This document shows positions 10,434 through 19,218 of a stretch of DNA of 51,067 nt, piece by piece. The notes under the pieces were generated by a model. The model was not told the origin of the DNA. It saw only the letters and a list, made by a program, of their open reading frames with translations, and made no database searches. Origin of the DNA: Cyanobacteria bacterium J06598_1 (lineage in GTDB: Bacteria; Cyanobacteriota; Cyanobacteriia; Phormidesmidales; Phormidesmidaceae); contig JBCBDN010000001.1 in NCBI GenBank assembly GCA_038529685.1, forward strand, positions 1 to 51,067. Direction: 5' to 3'. Within the stretch, counting starts at the first letter, position 1, and every line of letters starts with the position of its first letter. Made by a program: the position numbers and the translations under genes.

Positions 10434-12188
10434 ATGCATCAACTGAGCCCATTTACCTGCCGCCGCTTGAGCCAACTCCCTCGGCTCACAAGCGTTTGGG
10501 AGTGCGATCGCCGCCCGCTACCGCCCGCTGGCACCGCTGTAGATGACAGTGGCGAAGTGGTAGAAGGCGACTGCATTTTGTGGGTCGATGGCTTGCAGGG
10601 TGTCGTCAGAGGGCTCAACGTGGTGCCCAAGGGAACCGGGCACGAGGCGATTGTGAGAACGCTATTGCAGGCGATTGAAACGCCCCAGGGGCGGGTAGAA
10701 CCAGCGAGACCGAGAAAAGTAGTGGTGCGCGATCGCGAAATTCAGTTTTTCCTGCGCGGAGCACTCCAGGCACTCGATATTCCAGTGGAGTACGCCCATG
10801 AGCTGCCGATTATCGACGAAGTTTTTGAAAAGCTACAGACCCCAGAGCCACCTGAAACCAGACTGCCAGATGACTTTGAAGACCTGCTCTTAGCTAAGTC
10901 AGCCATGATGTGGGAAGACGCACCGTGGAAGTATCTGAGCGAGCAAGAAATTTTGGCGATTGAGCTGAACTGCTGGGAAATAGAAACGCTGTATCTGTCG
11001 GTGCTGGGACTCGCGGGGATGGAGTATGGGCTGCTGTTTTATCGCAACCTTGACTCGCTCAAGCAGTTTCGCCAAAAGCTGATGCACAGCGATGATTTTT
11101 CTGACGGCATGCAGCAGGCTTTCCTGGAGCAAAACTGTCTATTTATTAACTTTAACCCGGCGGAGGGCGTCATCCCTTTCCCAATGTTTAAGGATGCTGA
11201 AGCCCAGCACAAAGCAGTCGGTGGCCCTGACAGCATCGGGTACGAGTTTGGGAGCTTGCATCCGCTAGAAGGACTGCGATCGCAGCTAGCCGAAGAAGAA
11301 GCCGCCAGCTTGATCGTCACCCTCGAAGCACTCCATCGCTTTTTCAAAAAGAATGACATCAGCCAAAAAGACTTTGCGCTGAGCCCGGTCACTAGCCGGT
11401 TCCGCATTCCTAGCCCACTGCCAAACACTGCGTTAGGCAGTAAAACCACCACTGAAGAAAGTATTTCTGTCAAGGTTTTGACCCTGCCGGACATCTCTAG
11501 AGCCTTCCTAGCAGAATCTTTTGAGAATGGCTCTTTTGAGAATGGCTCTTTTGGCACCGAAGCCTCCGAGGAAAAAAGCGTTGCCCCCGCCGCCATCATT
11601 GACGACAGCGTGCCTGAAGGGTCGCTCATTATGCTAGGCAGCCACAAAGAAAAAGACATCGAACCGCTACGTAGCCACCGGCGAGTTCACTACCAAAGCT
11701 TCCTCACCCCCCCCACCAACGCCAGCAGTCCAACCAGTGGCCCAACAGGCAAGAAAAACGCCCGCAACGGCAAAACCAAATGGCCAGTGCTTACCATCCA
11801 AACCACTAGGCCCAAGGCTAAGCAGCTGGTGGAGCGACTCAAACAGGAAGGCGGTATTCAGGCCATTTGCTTTAATCCAGGCAGCGACCCGATCAGCGGT
11901 CAAGTCTTTCAGATTGGCCTAATCCAAACCACCAGCGGCCAACTGCACCTATTTAATGAGTACGAAATCAGCGATCCTACCGACTCTCAGGCGATGGAAA
12001 AGTGGAGCGTGAACAGTGCCAGCAACGACAGCTGCTGTGGCTGTATCATTGCCGCTGGTTCAACCGGTGCTAAGCGCGGTAGACCAACTGTGCGGGAAGT
12101 TGTGGCCTTTTTTGAGGCGTACACAAAGCAACCGGAAGAGATTGGGCTAACGCCGCTGGTGATGAGCTATGTGCCGGATTGGCAGTGA
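10434..12188 (+). CDS. conserved cyanobacterial hypothetical protein (tentatively DUF6930-type)
   Basis: 584 aa ORF; RRLSQLP..VWECDRRPL, ARPRKVVVRDREIQFFLRG and SVLGLAGMEYGLLFYR motifs recalled from a cyanobacterial family. Confidence 0.8.
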   Translation: MHQLSPFTCRRLSQLPRLTSVWECDRRPLPPAGTAVDDSGEVVEGDCILWVDGLQGVVRGLNVVPKGTGHEAIVRTLLQAIETPQGRVEPARPRKVVVRDREIQFFLRGALQALDIPVEYAHELPIIDEVFEKLQTPEPPETRLPDDFEDLLLAKSAMMWEDAPWKYLSEQEILAIELNCWEIETLYLSVLGLAGMEYGLLFYRNLDSLKQFRQKLMHSDDFSDGMQQAFLEQNCLFINFNPAEGVIPFPMFKDAEAQHKAVGGPDSIGYEFGSLHPLEGLRSQLAEEEAASLIVTLEALHRFFKKNDISQKDFALSPVTSRFRIPSPLPNTALGSKTTTEESISVKVLTLPDISRAFLAESFENGSFENGSFGTEASEEKSVAPAAIIDDSVPEGSLIMLGSHKEKDIEPLRSHRRVHYQSFLTPPTNASSPTSGPTGKKNARNGKTKWPVLTIQTTRPKAKQLVERLKQEGGIQAICFNPGSDPISGQVFQIGLIQTTSGQLHLFNEYEISDPTDSQAMEKWSVNSASNDSCCGCIIAAGSTGAKRGRPTVREVVAFFEAYTKQPEEIGLTPLVMSYVPDWQ

Positions 12189-12248
12189 CTTCGGCTACGC
12201 TCAGCCACCGGGACTTCGGCTACGCTCAGCCACCGAGCTCAGCCACCG
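12187..12248 (+). repeat. tandem copies of a 24-nt short dispersed repeat GACTTCGGCTACGCTCAGCCACCG
   Basis: Identical copies at 12187-12210 and 12212-12235, plus a partial copy at 12237-12248. Confidence 0.85.
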
Positions 12249-12290
12249 AGGGATAGGAGGAGGAGAATAAGGAAAAGAGGGAGGAAAAAG

Positions 12291-12617
12291 GTGTTAGTGA
12301 ATAGTTCAGAGGCTGTGGGGGTGGTGATTGCAATCAACCTGCTCATGGCAGGGTTGGTGGGGGTCTTGACTTGTGGCCTATGGCACTGGAAGCAGGAGAT
12401 CGCGCAAATCACAGCGCAGTTAGAGAGGGTCTCACTGAATCCGCAGGCGGTTCGCTATGGACTGACGTTGAGACGAGTGCAGCTGGCGGAAGTGCGGCTA
12501 GGAGTGAGTCAGTGGCAAATGCGATCACGCCAGTTCAAACAGACCCTTCAGCTGATTCAGATTATTCGGTTTATTCTGCTTTTCCGCAAAAACAAGGGCC
12601 GTTCTTTACGGCGCTAA
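12291..12617 (+). CDS. hypothetical membrane-anchored protein
   Basis: 108 aa ORF with GTG start after a purine-rich SD region; N-terminal TM and basic C-terminus. Confidence 0.65.
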   Translation: MLVNSSEAVGVVIAINLLMAGLVGVLTCGLWHWKQEIAQITAQLERVSLNPQAVRYGLTLRRVQLAEVRLGVSQWQMRSRQFKQTLQLIQIIRFILLFRKNKGRSLRR

Positions 12618-12677
12618 CTTCTTTGCTCCGTTAACAAGGTTAAGAGTAGGCTTAAATTTAGTGAATGGAACGTAGCC

Positions 12678-13133
12678 ATGTCAGACAACAAATCAGATGG
12701 ACTTTTGGGTGGCATGATTATTGGCGCAGCACTCGGTGCGATCGCCGGAATCTTAGCGGCCCCTCGAACTGGCAAAGAAACCCGGCGCATTCTCAAAAAA
12801 TCGGCAGACGCACTGCCCGAACTCGCAGAGGACCTAGCCACCAGTATTCAATTCCAGGCCGACCGACTCTCAGACACGAGCCTGGCCAACTGGGACCAGA
12901 CGCTGGGCCGACTGAGAGAAGCCGTAGCAGCAGGGCGCTCAGCCAGCCGTCAGGAATGGGTGCGTCAGTCTGACCATTCAACGACTTCACCAGAAGGGTC
13001 TAACGGGAGTAGGGCTAACAGTGAACTTAGCCGGGGAGCTAGCCGGGGAGCTAGCAGCGCAATTGACTACGAAGAAACGCTGACGGGAAAAGACACTGGC
13101 CTTAGCACCGACCTTAGCACCGACCGCGACTGA
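12678..13133 (+). CDS. YtxH-domain protein
   Basis: GLLGGMIIGAALGAIAGILAAPRTGKETRR signature. Confidence 0.88.
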   Translation: MSDNKSDGLLGGMIIGAALGAIAGILAAPRTGKETRRILKKSADALPELAEDLATSIQFQADRLSDTSLANWDQTLGRLREAVAAGRSASRQEWVRQSDHSTTSPEGSNGSRANSELSRGASRGASSAIDYEETLTGKDTGLSTDLSTDRD

Positions 13134-13204
13134 CCTGTTGCCTTAACGCCTTTTTTTGCCCGCTACATTTTCAGCGCCATCTTTTTGGCAGCGTTTCATT
13201 CCCT

Positions 13205-13819
13205 GTGAACAATCCCTTCTTTTGGCTCGGTATTTCTATTTTGCTTGTGGCTATTAGCCTGATGGCGCTGCTGAGCGTGGCTATTTTTACCCTGCAAGAG
13301 CTGGCCAGGGCAGCCAGAAGCGCCGAAAAGCTGCTCGATACCCTCAACCGTGAGCTGCCCGCCACGCTGCAAGACCTCCGCGTTACCGGCAAAGAACTTT
13401 CTGGGCTCAGTGACGAAGTTAGCGGCAGTGTCCAAAGCGCCCGCAGCGTGGTGCAGCAGGTCGATAAAAGCTTAAGCGACGCCAAGGTCCATGCCCAAAA
13501 AGCGCAAATTACCACTCGCAGCTTGTTTGCGGGTGCTTCGGCAGCACTAAAAGTACTAGCAGGCAAACCCCGTCGCCGCCGTCGTCCACCCACACGCCGT
13601 CCGCCTGCAGCGCCCATTCATTCATCTAAGAGTAATCTCAGCCCAGCTCCTGGCAACCCCTCTTCTAAGCCTCAGCAGCAAAACCAGCAACCTGTTCAGA
13701 GGACGGCACCCACTGCGCCAGAAGTCGCTATTTCGGAGACAGCGACCGTTAACCCCTCAAACCCAAAAGAGATTTCTGAGAGCGCTGTTTCTGAGGACGC
13801 TGTTTCTGAGAACGTTTGA
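13205..13819 (+). CDS. DUF948/YoxC-like membrane-anchored coiled-coil protein
   Basis: N-terminal TM followed by LQELARAARSAEKLLDTLNRELPATL; next to a YtxH gene. Confidence 0.82.
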   Translation: MNNPFFWLGISILLVAISLMALLSVAIFTLQELARAARSAEKLLDTLNRELPATLQDLRVTGKELSGLSDEVSGSVQSARSVVQQVDKSLSDAKVHAQKAQITTRSLFAGASAALKVLAGKPRRRRRPPTRRPPAAPIHSSKSNLSPAPGNPSSKPQQQNQQPVQRTAPTAPEVAISETATVNPSNPKEISESAVSEDAVSENV

Positions 13820-13927
13820 GTTGGGTGATCAAAGAATCTCTGTCAAAGCCCTTTCTTCAGAGGCAAACCTTTTACCTAAAGGTCTGGTATCTTAAAATTA
13901 AGTAAACAACTGTAAAGATAGGCGTCG

Positions 13928-14824
13928 TTGCCTCGGCTTGAACCAATGAAAATCTGCTTCAAAAATCCGCCTCGGCAAATCGCTCAATACATCCGAAAGG
14001 CTTGGAATCAGCAGATTTTGGCCCGAGCAGCTCGTCTGGCGATCGCCTGTGTCACCTTTGGACTCGTCACTCTGTTGGCCTGGGCCCCAGCCGCACCAGC
14101 TCACGCGGTCAATAACCCCGAGCTACTGCCCGATGAGCCGACGGTCGTCATCGACCTGGCCAAAATTTTAAACGATGCTCAAGAAGAGTATCTCAACAGT
14201 AAGCTGCCTCAGTTTGAAGAGGAAACTGGCTGGAAGCTACGCGTGCTGACACAGTTTGACCAAACCCCCGGACGCGCCGTCAAAGAATTTTGGGGACTCA
14301 ACGACAAAAGCATCATGATGGTCGCTGATCCTCGCGGCGGCAACCTCTTGAACTTCAGTGTGGGCGACCAGCTCTATCCGCTGCTGCCCAGAACCTTTTG
14401 GATTGAGCTACAAACGCGTTTTGGCAACCAGTTCTACGTGCGAGACAACGGCGAAGATGGCGCGGTACTGGGCGCTATTGGCGCGCTCGAAACCTGTCTA
14501 GAACGAGGCGGTTGTGCTGTGGTGCCGGGGCTGCCGCGTGAGCAGTGGATTTTAACGCTGGTGACTTCTATTTTGGGCGGTGTAATCTGCGGCTTTGCCG
14601 CGCAGCCCAGACGAGAAGGCGACGGCATTGCTTGGCAGTGGGCGCTGCTGTTTTCGCCACTGTGGGGCATCTTGTTTATTGCCTTTGGCCTGGGCCCTGT
14701 GGTGACCCGCACCCCTGAGCTGCTGCCCGTGATTCGCAACGTATCCGGCTTTTTGATCGGGGCGATTGTGGCCTTCCTTACGCCTGTATTTGGCAACCCA
14801 CCCGCAGCTGACGATAAGCAGTAA
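13928..14824 (+). CDS. TPM-domain protein (thylakoid lumen 15 kDa-like) with C-terminal TMs; start uncertain
   Basis: Signal peptide ending AHA, then VNNPELLPDEPTVVIDLA, ETGWKLRVLTQ, FWIELQTRFGNQFYVR. Confidence 0.85.
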   Translation: MPRLEPMKICFKNPPRQIAQYIRKAWNQQILARAARLAIACVTFGLVTLLAWAPAAPAHAVNNPELLPDEPTVVIDLAKILNDAQEEYLNSKLPQFEEETGWKLRVLTQFDQTPGRAVKEFWGLNDKSIMMVADPRGGNLLNFSVGDQLYPLLPRTFWIELQTRFGNQFYVRDNGEDGAVLGAIGALETCLERGGCAVVPGLPREQWILTLVTSILGGVICGFAAQPRREGDGIAWQWALLFSPLWGILFIAFGLGPVVTRTPELLPVIRNVSGFLIGAIVAFLTPVFGNPPAADDKQ

Positions 14825-14842
14825 GGACGGTAGTCAGCAAAA

Positions 14843-15652
14843 TCAGCCGCTGATGATGCCTGCCCACTGAACTTTTTTCTCGTGAGTGCGGCGATAGGAA
14901 AAAAAGCGGTCGGGTTCTTGGTAGGTGCAGTGGGGTGCGATCGCCACCTGCGCTACCGATAGCCCCATCTGCTCTAGCTGCATCTGATTGATGCGTCTTA
15001 CATCCAAACGCACCCGTTCAGGGTGCTCATCTGCCAGCAGCGGTGGGCACTCTACCGCCAGCAGATGTTCTACCAAACCCTGTTCATTGGGCATTTCCGC
15101 TGCCACCGTGGAACCGACCTCGGTCGCCACCTCTTTCCCGACCTGATAAACGCTGCCATCGATAGCGGGCCCCAATGCCACTCGCAAATTACTGAGCTCA
15201 CTGCCCTGTGCCAGCAGTCTGTGAACTGTAGCGGGCAAAATCTTTTGAGCGGTGCCTCGCCAGCCCGCATGGACAGCGGCCACTTGCCCTGTGGCAATAT
15301 CGCTAATGAGGGCAGGGGTACAGTCAGCGGAGCAGGCCCATACCGACTGCTGCGACTGTTCGCTCAGCACACCGTCTGCCAAGGGAAAAGGCGCTGGGTT
15401 GCCATCTGCCAAGTTGGGCAAACCGGACGCGATCGCCTTTTCAATTTCACTAGGGGTCAGCACATCTCCGCTGTGAACCTGCTGCACCCGATGCACTGAC
15501 GCTGCGCCCAACACATCCTCACTCAGCACATTCACCAAAGACTCTGGCGGCTGAGGATGAAAGTGACTCGTAAAAAAGCCGTGGGGCTGAGGCAGCAGCG
15601 AACACGTTAAGTAAGACTGATTTTGCCAAGTTTTCCAGATCCAGGAAGTCAT
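14843..15652 (-). CDS. pgeF: peptidoglycan editing factor PgeF (YfiH/DUF152)
   Basis: QQVHSG, SADCTP, AAVHAGWRGT, HCT..FFSYRR motifs. Confidence 0.92.
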   Translation of the reverse strand: MTSWIWKTWQNQSYLTCSLLPQPHGFFTSHFHPQPPESLVNVLSEDVLGAASVHRVQQVHSGDVLTPSEIEKAIASGLPNLADGNPAPFPLADGVLSEQSQQSVWACSADCTPALISDIATGQVAAVHAGWRGTAQKILPATVHRLLAQGSELSNLRVALGPAIDGSVYQVGKEVATEVGSTVAAEMPNEQGLVEHLLAVECPPLLADEHPERVRLDVRRINQMQLEQMGLSVAQVAIAPHCTYQEPDRFFSYRRTHEKKVQWAGIISG

Positions 15653-15750
15653 AAAAAGCGACGGTGCAAGAAAGTACCTTTAAGACTACTGACTAACCAG
15701 CGCGATTGGCTGAGCGCCAAATAATTTTCCCCTTAATCTCTAATAAACCT

Positions 15751-16086
15751 ATGCCTACCGTCACTGCCCAAGGAAAAACGTTTGAGTGCCAGCAGGGCGA
15801 AAACCTGCGTCAGGTACTGCTCGCCAATGATGTCGATCTCTACAGCCCTCGGGCGAACTACATCAACTGCATGGGCATTGGCACCTGCGGTACCTGCGCA
15901 GTTGCCATTGAAGGCGAAGTCTCCGATACGAACTGGAAAGACAAAGCGCGGCGCAGCCTACCGCCCCACGACCCGAGTAAAGATCTGCGCCTCGCCTGCC
16001 AAACCAAGGTCATGGGAGACATTCGAGTGACAAAATTCACCGGCTTTTGGGGACATGAAGACGCCATCGCCTGGCGGGCAGACTAG
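15751..16086 (+). CDS. 2Fe-2S ferredoxin-like protein
   Basis: NCMGIGTCGTC and LRLACQ; ATG at 15751 preferred over the upstream TTG. Confidence 0.9.
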   Translation: MPTVTAQGKTFECQQGENLRQVLLANDVDLYSPRANYINCMGIGTCGTCAVAIEGEVSDTNWKDKARRSLPPHDPSKDLRLACQTKVMGDIRVTKFTGFWGHEDAIAWRAD

Positions 16087-16189
16087 TCATATCAAAAAAA
16101 TAGTGAAATCGCTTAGTATGAACTGTATGAGCGATCACGCTAGCAGCAAAACCTAGCAGCAAGTTATCGGTGAAGTGAGGGATTGAGTC

Positions 16190-16672
16190 ATGGATAGGCG
16201 ACAACAGTACGGACTTTGGGGTGCGATCGCTGGCATCTTTTTACTGGCCATTTTTGGCGTACGTAGCGCAGCTAACTGGCTGAACGGCTCTACTGAAGAC
16301 ACCCGCACAGATACCATCGTTTCGGTTGAAGGCAATCGGGGTAACGGCACCCGCGATTCCGTGGTTAGTCAAGAGAACAGCACTCGCACCAACGCCCGCT
16401 TTGGCGACCAGTCCGAGACGCAAGGCAGCGAAACTCTCACCTTTTCCCCGCTTGAAGAAGCCGGCACCTACATTCAGCGCCAGAAGCGAGTTGAGCGCGA
16501 CGCTATTGTGGCAGACACCCGAGTAGACGCTGTGCCGATTGCCAACAACAACACACCTACTGCCGCTACCCCCGACACACGCGTCACACAACCTGCGCCC
16601 TCATCCACCACACAAACGGCCCAGCCCAGCCCTACCGCACCAGCTGCGAAAGCAGTTCCAGCGCTCTGGTAA
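16190..16672 (+). CDS. hypothetical membrane-anchored, T/P-rich protein ending VPALW
   Basis: 160 aa ORF with N-terminal TM and low-complexity tail. Confidence 0.75.
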   Translation: MDRRQQYGLWGAIAGIFLLAIFGVRSAANWLNGSTEDTRTDTIVSVEGNRGNGTRDSVVSQENSTRTNARFGDQSETQGSETLTFSPLEEAGTYIQRQKRVERDAIVADTRVDAVPIANNNTPTAATPDTRVTQPAPSSTTQTAQPSPTAPAAKAVPALW

Positions 16673-16719
16673 TTGCTATTATTTAAGCGTTATTGCTCAC
16701 GCCCCTTAAGCGCTCAACC

Positions 16720-18663
16720 ATGGCCCAGGCAGACGTAATTATCGTAGGCGGTGGCCTGATTGGACTGGCCACTGCCCTGGAGCTACACCAGCAAGGGAAC
16801 GCTGTCACCGTTCTCAGCAAAGACTTTACCGCAGCAGCCGGCCATGCAGCAGCCGGCATGCTAGCCCCTGGTGCTGAGCAGCTGCCTGCTGGGCCAATGC
16901 TAACGCTGTGTCAACGCAGTTTGGATCTGTACCCCAGCTGGATTAGTAAGCTAGAAGACCTCACTGGCAAAGACAGCGGCTACTGGCCCTGTGGCATTTT
17001 GGCACCGCGCCTGTCAGACTCACACCCAACCTCACAGACAGCACCTTCACACACAGCACCAGCCCTTAGCGCCGGAGCTATTCGTAGCTATCAATCGGGC
17101 CTAAGCACCGAGGTTATCGGTGGCGACTTTTACCCTGAAGATGCTCAGATAGATAATCGGGCATTGATGCAGGCATTGCGCTCAGCCACACAAGATTTGG
17201 GCATCGAAGTTCAATCAGGCATCAGTGTAGAGGGCTTTATTCAAAAGCAAGGTCAAGTAATCGGCCTACGGACCTCCGCAGGCGAAAAGCAAGCTGCTCA
17301 TTACGTGCTAGCAACGGGGGCTTGGTCAGGAGAACTGCTGCCGATTCCGGTGACGCCACGCAAAGGACAGATGATCTCACTGCGAGTTCCGGTGGGTTAC
17401 CGTCAGCAGCAGCCGCTGAACCGGGTGCTCTTCGGTGAGCAGGTGTACATTGTGCCTCGGCGTGACGGTCGAATTATTTTGGGTGCGACGGTAGAAGATG
17501 TGGGGTTTGCACCGCAGAATACGCCTGCCGGAGTAGCACAGGTTTTGAACGCGGCGATCGCACTCTACCCACCACTCGCCCAGTTTCCCATCGAAGAATG
17601 CTGGTGGGGCTTTCGGCCCGCAACCCCAGACGAGCTTCCCATACTAGGCGCTAGCCCATGCAGCAATTTAACCTTAGCCACCGGCCACTATCGCAACGGC
17701 GTACTGCTAGCCCCCATCACCGCCAAGCTAATTGCCGATCACATCAACGGTCAGACGGACACCATTTTGAATGCGTTTAGCTATCAACGCTTTCGAGGAA
17801 ACAAAACACCTACCCAGCTCACCCCCTCACCTCGCTCCCCCATGCAACTTCTCGAAACACCACCCACTACGACCACCGACACCCTCACCATCGCCGGCAA
17901 AACCTTCAACTCCCGCCTCATGACCGGCACAGGCAAATTCAACAGCCTCGAAACCATGCGCCGCAGCTTTGCCGCTAGCGGCAGCGAAATCGTCACCGTT
18001 GCCGTTCGCCGGGTGCAGACGAATGCGCCGGGGCACGAAGGGCTAGCGGACGCAATCGACTGGACTAAGATTTGGATGCTGCCGAATACAGCAGGCTGTA
18101 AGGATGCAGAAGAAGCGATTCGCGTCGCTAGGCTAGGTCGAGAGATGGCTAAGCTACTGGGTCAAGAAGACAATAACTTTGTAAAGCTAGAGGTGATTCC
18201 TGACGCCAAATACCTGCTGCCAGACCCGATCGACACGCTCAAAGCAGCTGAGCAGCTGGTAAAAGAAGGATTTGCTGTACTGCCCTACGTCAACGCCGAT
18301 CCCCTCTTGGCAAAGCGGCTAGAAGAAGCGGGCTGCGCGACCGTGATGCCTTTGGGTTCGCCAATTGGCTCGGGGCAAGGCATTCGCAATGCGGCGAATA
18401 TTCAAATCATTATTGAGAATGCGAATATTCCGGTGGTGGTGGATGCAGGGATTGGGACACCGAGCGAGGCGGCTTATGCCATGGAGCTAGGCGCAGATGC
18501 ATTGCTGATTAATAGCGCGATCGCCTTGGCAAGCGATCCGGTGGCGATGGGTCAAGCGATGGGCATGGCTGCGATCGCCGGTCGATTAGCGTATCAAGCG
18601 GGCCGCATCCCGGTAAAAGCCTACGCCAGCGCCAGCTCACCTACGACTGGAACGATTGGTTAA
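16720..18663 (+). CDS. thiO/thiG: bifunctional glycine oxidase ThiO / thiazole synthase ThiG fusion
   Basis: N-half [25 protein letters not shown]; C-half [41 protein letters not shown]. Confidence 0.93.
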   Translation: MAQADVIIVGGGLIGLATALELHQQGNAVTVLSKDFTAAAGHAAAGMLAPGAEQLPAGPMLTLCQRSLDLYPSWISKLEDLTGKDSGYWPCGILAPRLSDSHPTSQTAPSHTAPALSAGAIRSYQSGLSTEVIGGDFYPEDAQIDNRALMQALRSATQDLGIEVQSGISVEGFIQKQGQVIGLRTSAGEKQAAHYVLATGAWSGELLPIPVTPRKGQMISLRVPVGYRQQQPLNRVLFGEQVYIVPRRDGRIILGATVEDVGFAPQNTPAGVAQVLNAAIALYPPLAQFPIEECWWGFRPATPDELPILGASPCSNLTLATGHYRNGVLLAPITAKLIADHINGQTDTILNAFSYQRFRGNKTPTQLTPSPRSPMQLLETPPTTTTDTLTIAGKTFNSRLMTGTGKFNSLETMRRSFAASGSEIVTVAVRRVQTNAPGHEGLADAIDWTKIWMLPNTAGCKDAEEAIRVARLGREMAKLLGQEDNNFVKLEVIPDAKYLLPDPIDTLKAAEQLVKEGFAVLPYVNADPLLAKRLEEAGCATVMPLGSPIGSGQGIRNAANIQIIIENANIPVVVDAGIGTPSEAAYAMELGADALLINSAIALASDPVAMGQAMGMAAIAGRLAYQAGRIPVKAYASASSPTTGTIG

Positions 18664-18798
18664 GCATGAGAGTATTCACTCAATACATTGCTGCAAAATA
18701 TTCTTAATATTTCCTGGAAAGCATTGAAATATAAGAAGTGCATCTATGCCTAAAGGCGCATCTATTCGCTGGCCACTAGAAATATAAACAGCCGTTTG

Positions 18799-18816
18799 TT
18801 AACATAAGTTTACACA
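18799..18816 (+). promoter_or_regulatory. HLR1-like (RpaB) site upstream of psb34
   Basis: TTAACATA-AG-TTTACACA, ending 22 nt before the psb34 ATG. Confidence 0.5.
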
Positions 18817-18838
18817 ACTCAGTTGAGAGACTAAATTT

Positions 18839-19009
18839 ATGCGCTACACAGAAGATGAGACTGGTCTGCTAAACAACTTTGCGGTTGAGCCCAAAATGTA
18901 CGAAGCAGAGCCTCCTACTGGCAACGAAAAGCGTAACTACATTATCCTAGGCAGCATTGCAGCCACTTTGGTTGTTTCTTTGTTTGCGATCGCCGCATCC
19001 GTTTCCTAG
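18839..19009 (+). CDS. psb34: photosystem II assembly factor Psb34 (Ssl1498 family), 56 aa, absent from the ORF track
   Basis: Manual translation MRYTEDETGLLNNFAVEPKMYEAEPPTGNEKRNYIILGSIAATLVVSLFAIAASVS*, with the G.LNNFA.EPK.Y.AE.P motif and a C-terminal TM. Confidence 0.9.
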   Translation: MRYTEDETGLLNNFAVEPKMYEAEPPTGNEKRNYIILGSIAATLVVSLFAIAASVS

Positions 19010-19078
19010 TTCTGACTTGATAGATTGAACTGACTCAGCTTATAGACAGATTCAGCAAATTATTCACAATTTATCTTT

Positions 19079-19109
19079 GACAAAAGCTCGCCAGTGGCGG
19101 GCTTTTGTC
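19079..19109 (+). terminator. intrinsic terminator after psb34
   Basis: GACAAAAGCTCGCC-AGT-GGCGGGCTTTTGTC hairpin followed by T-rich sequence. Confidence 0.75.
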
Positions 19110-19218
19110 GTGTTGGGTTTTATTGTGTGAGCGCTTGTTGTGTGGGCGCTTATTGTGTGGAATAGGCTTTTGTTTTAATCTTGAGCGATTGCTTCGTTAG
19201 ACCCCGGCAGACTCATCT

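Noticed and set aside
12187-12248. Possible mini CRISPR array
   Set aside because: The repeats are separated by 1 nt with no spacers, and there are no cas genes in the window.
13899-13916. HLR1-like repeat on the minus strand upstream of the TPM gene
   Set aside because: One mismatch in each half within AT-rich DNA; too weak to call.
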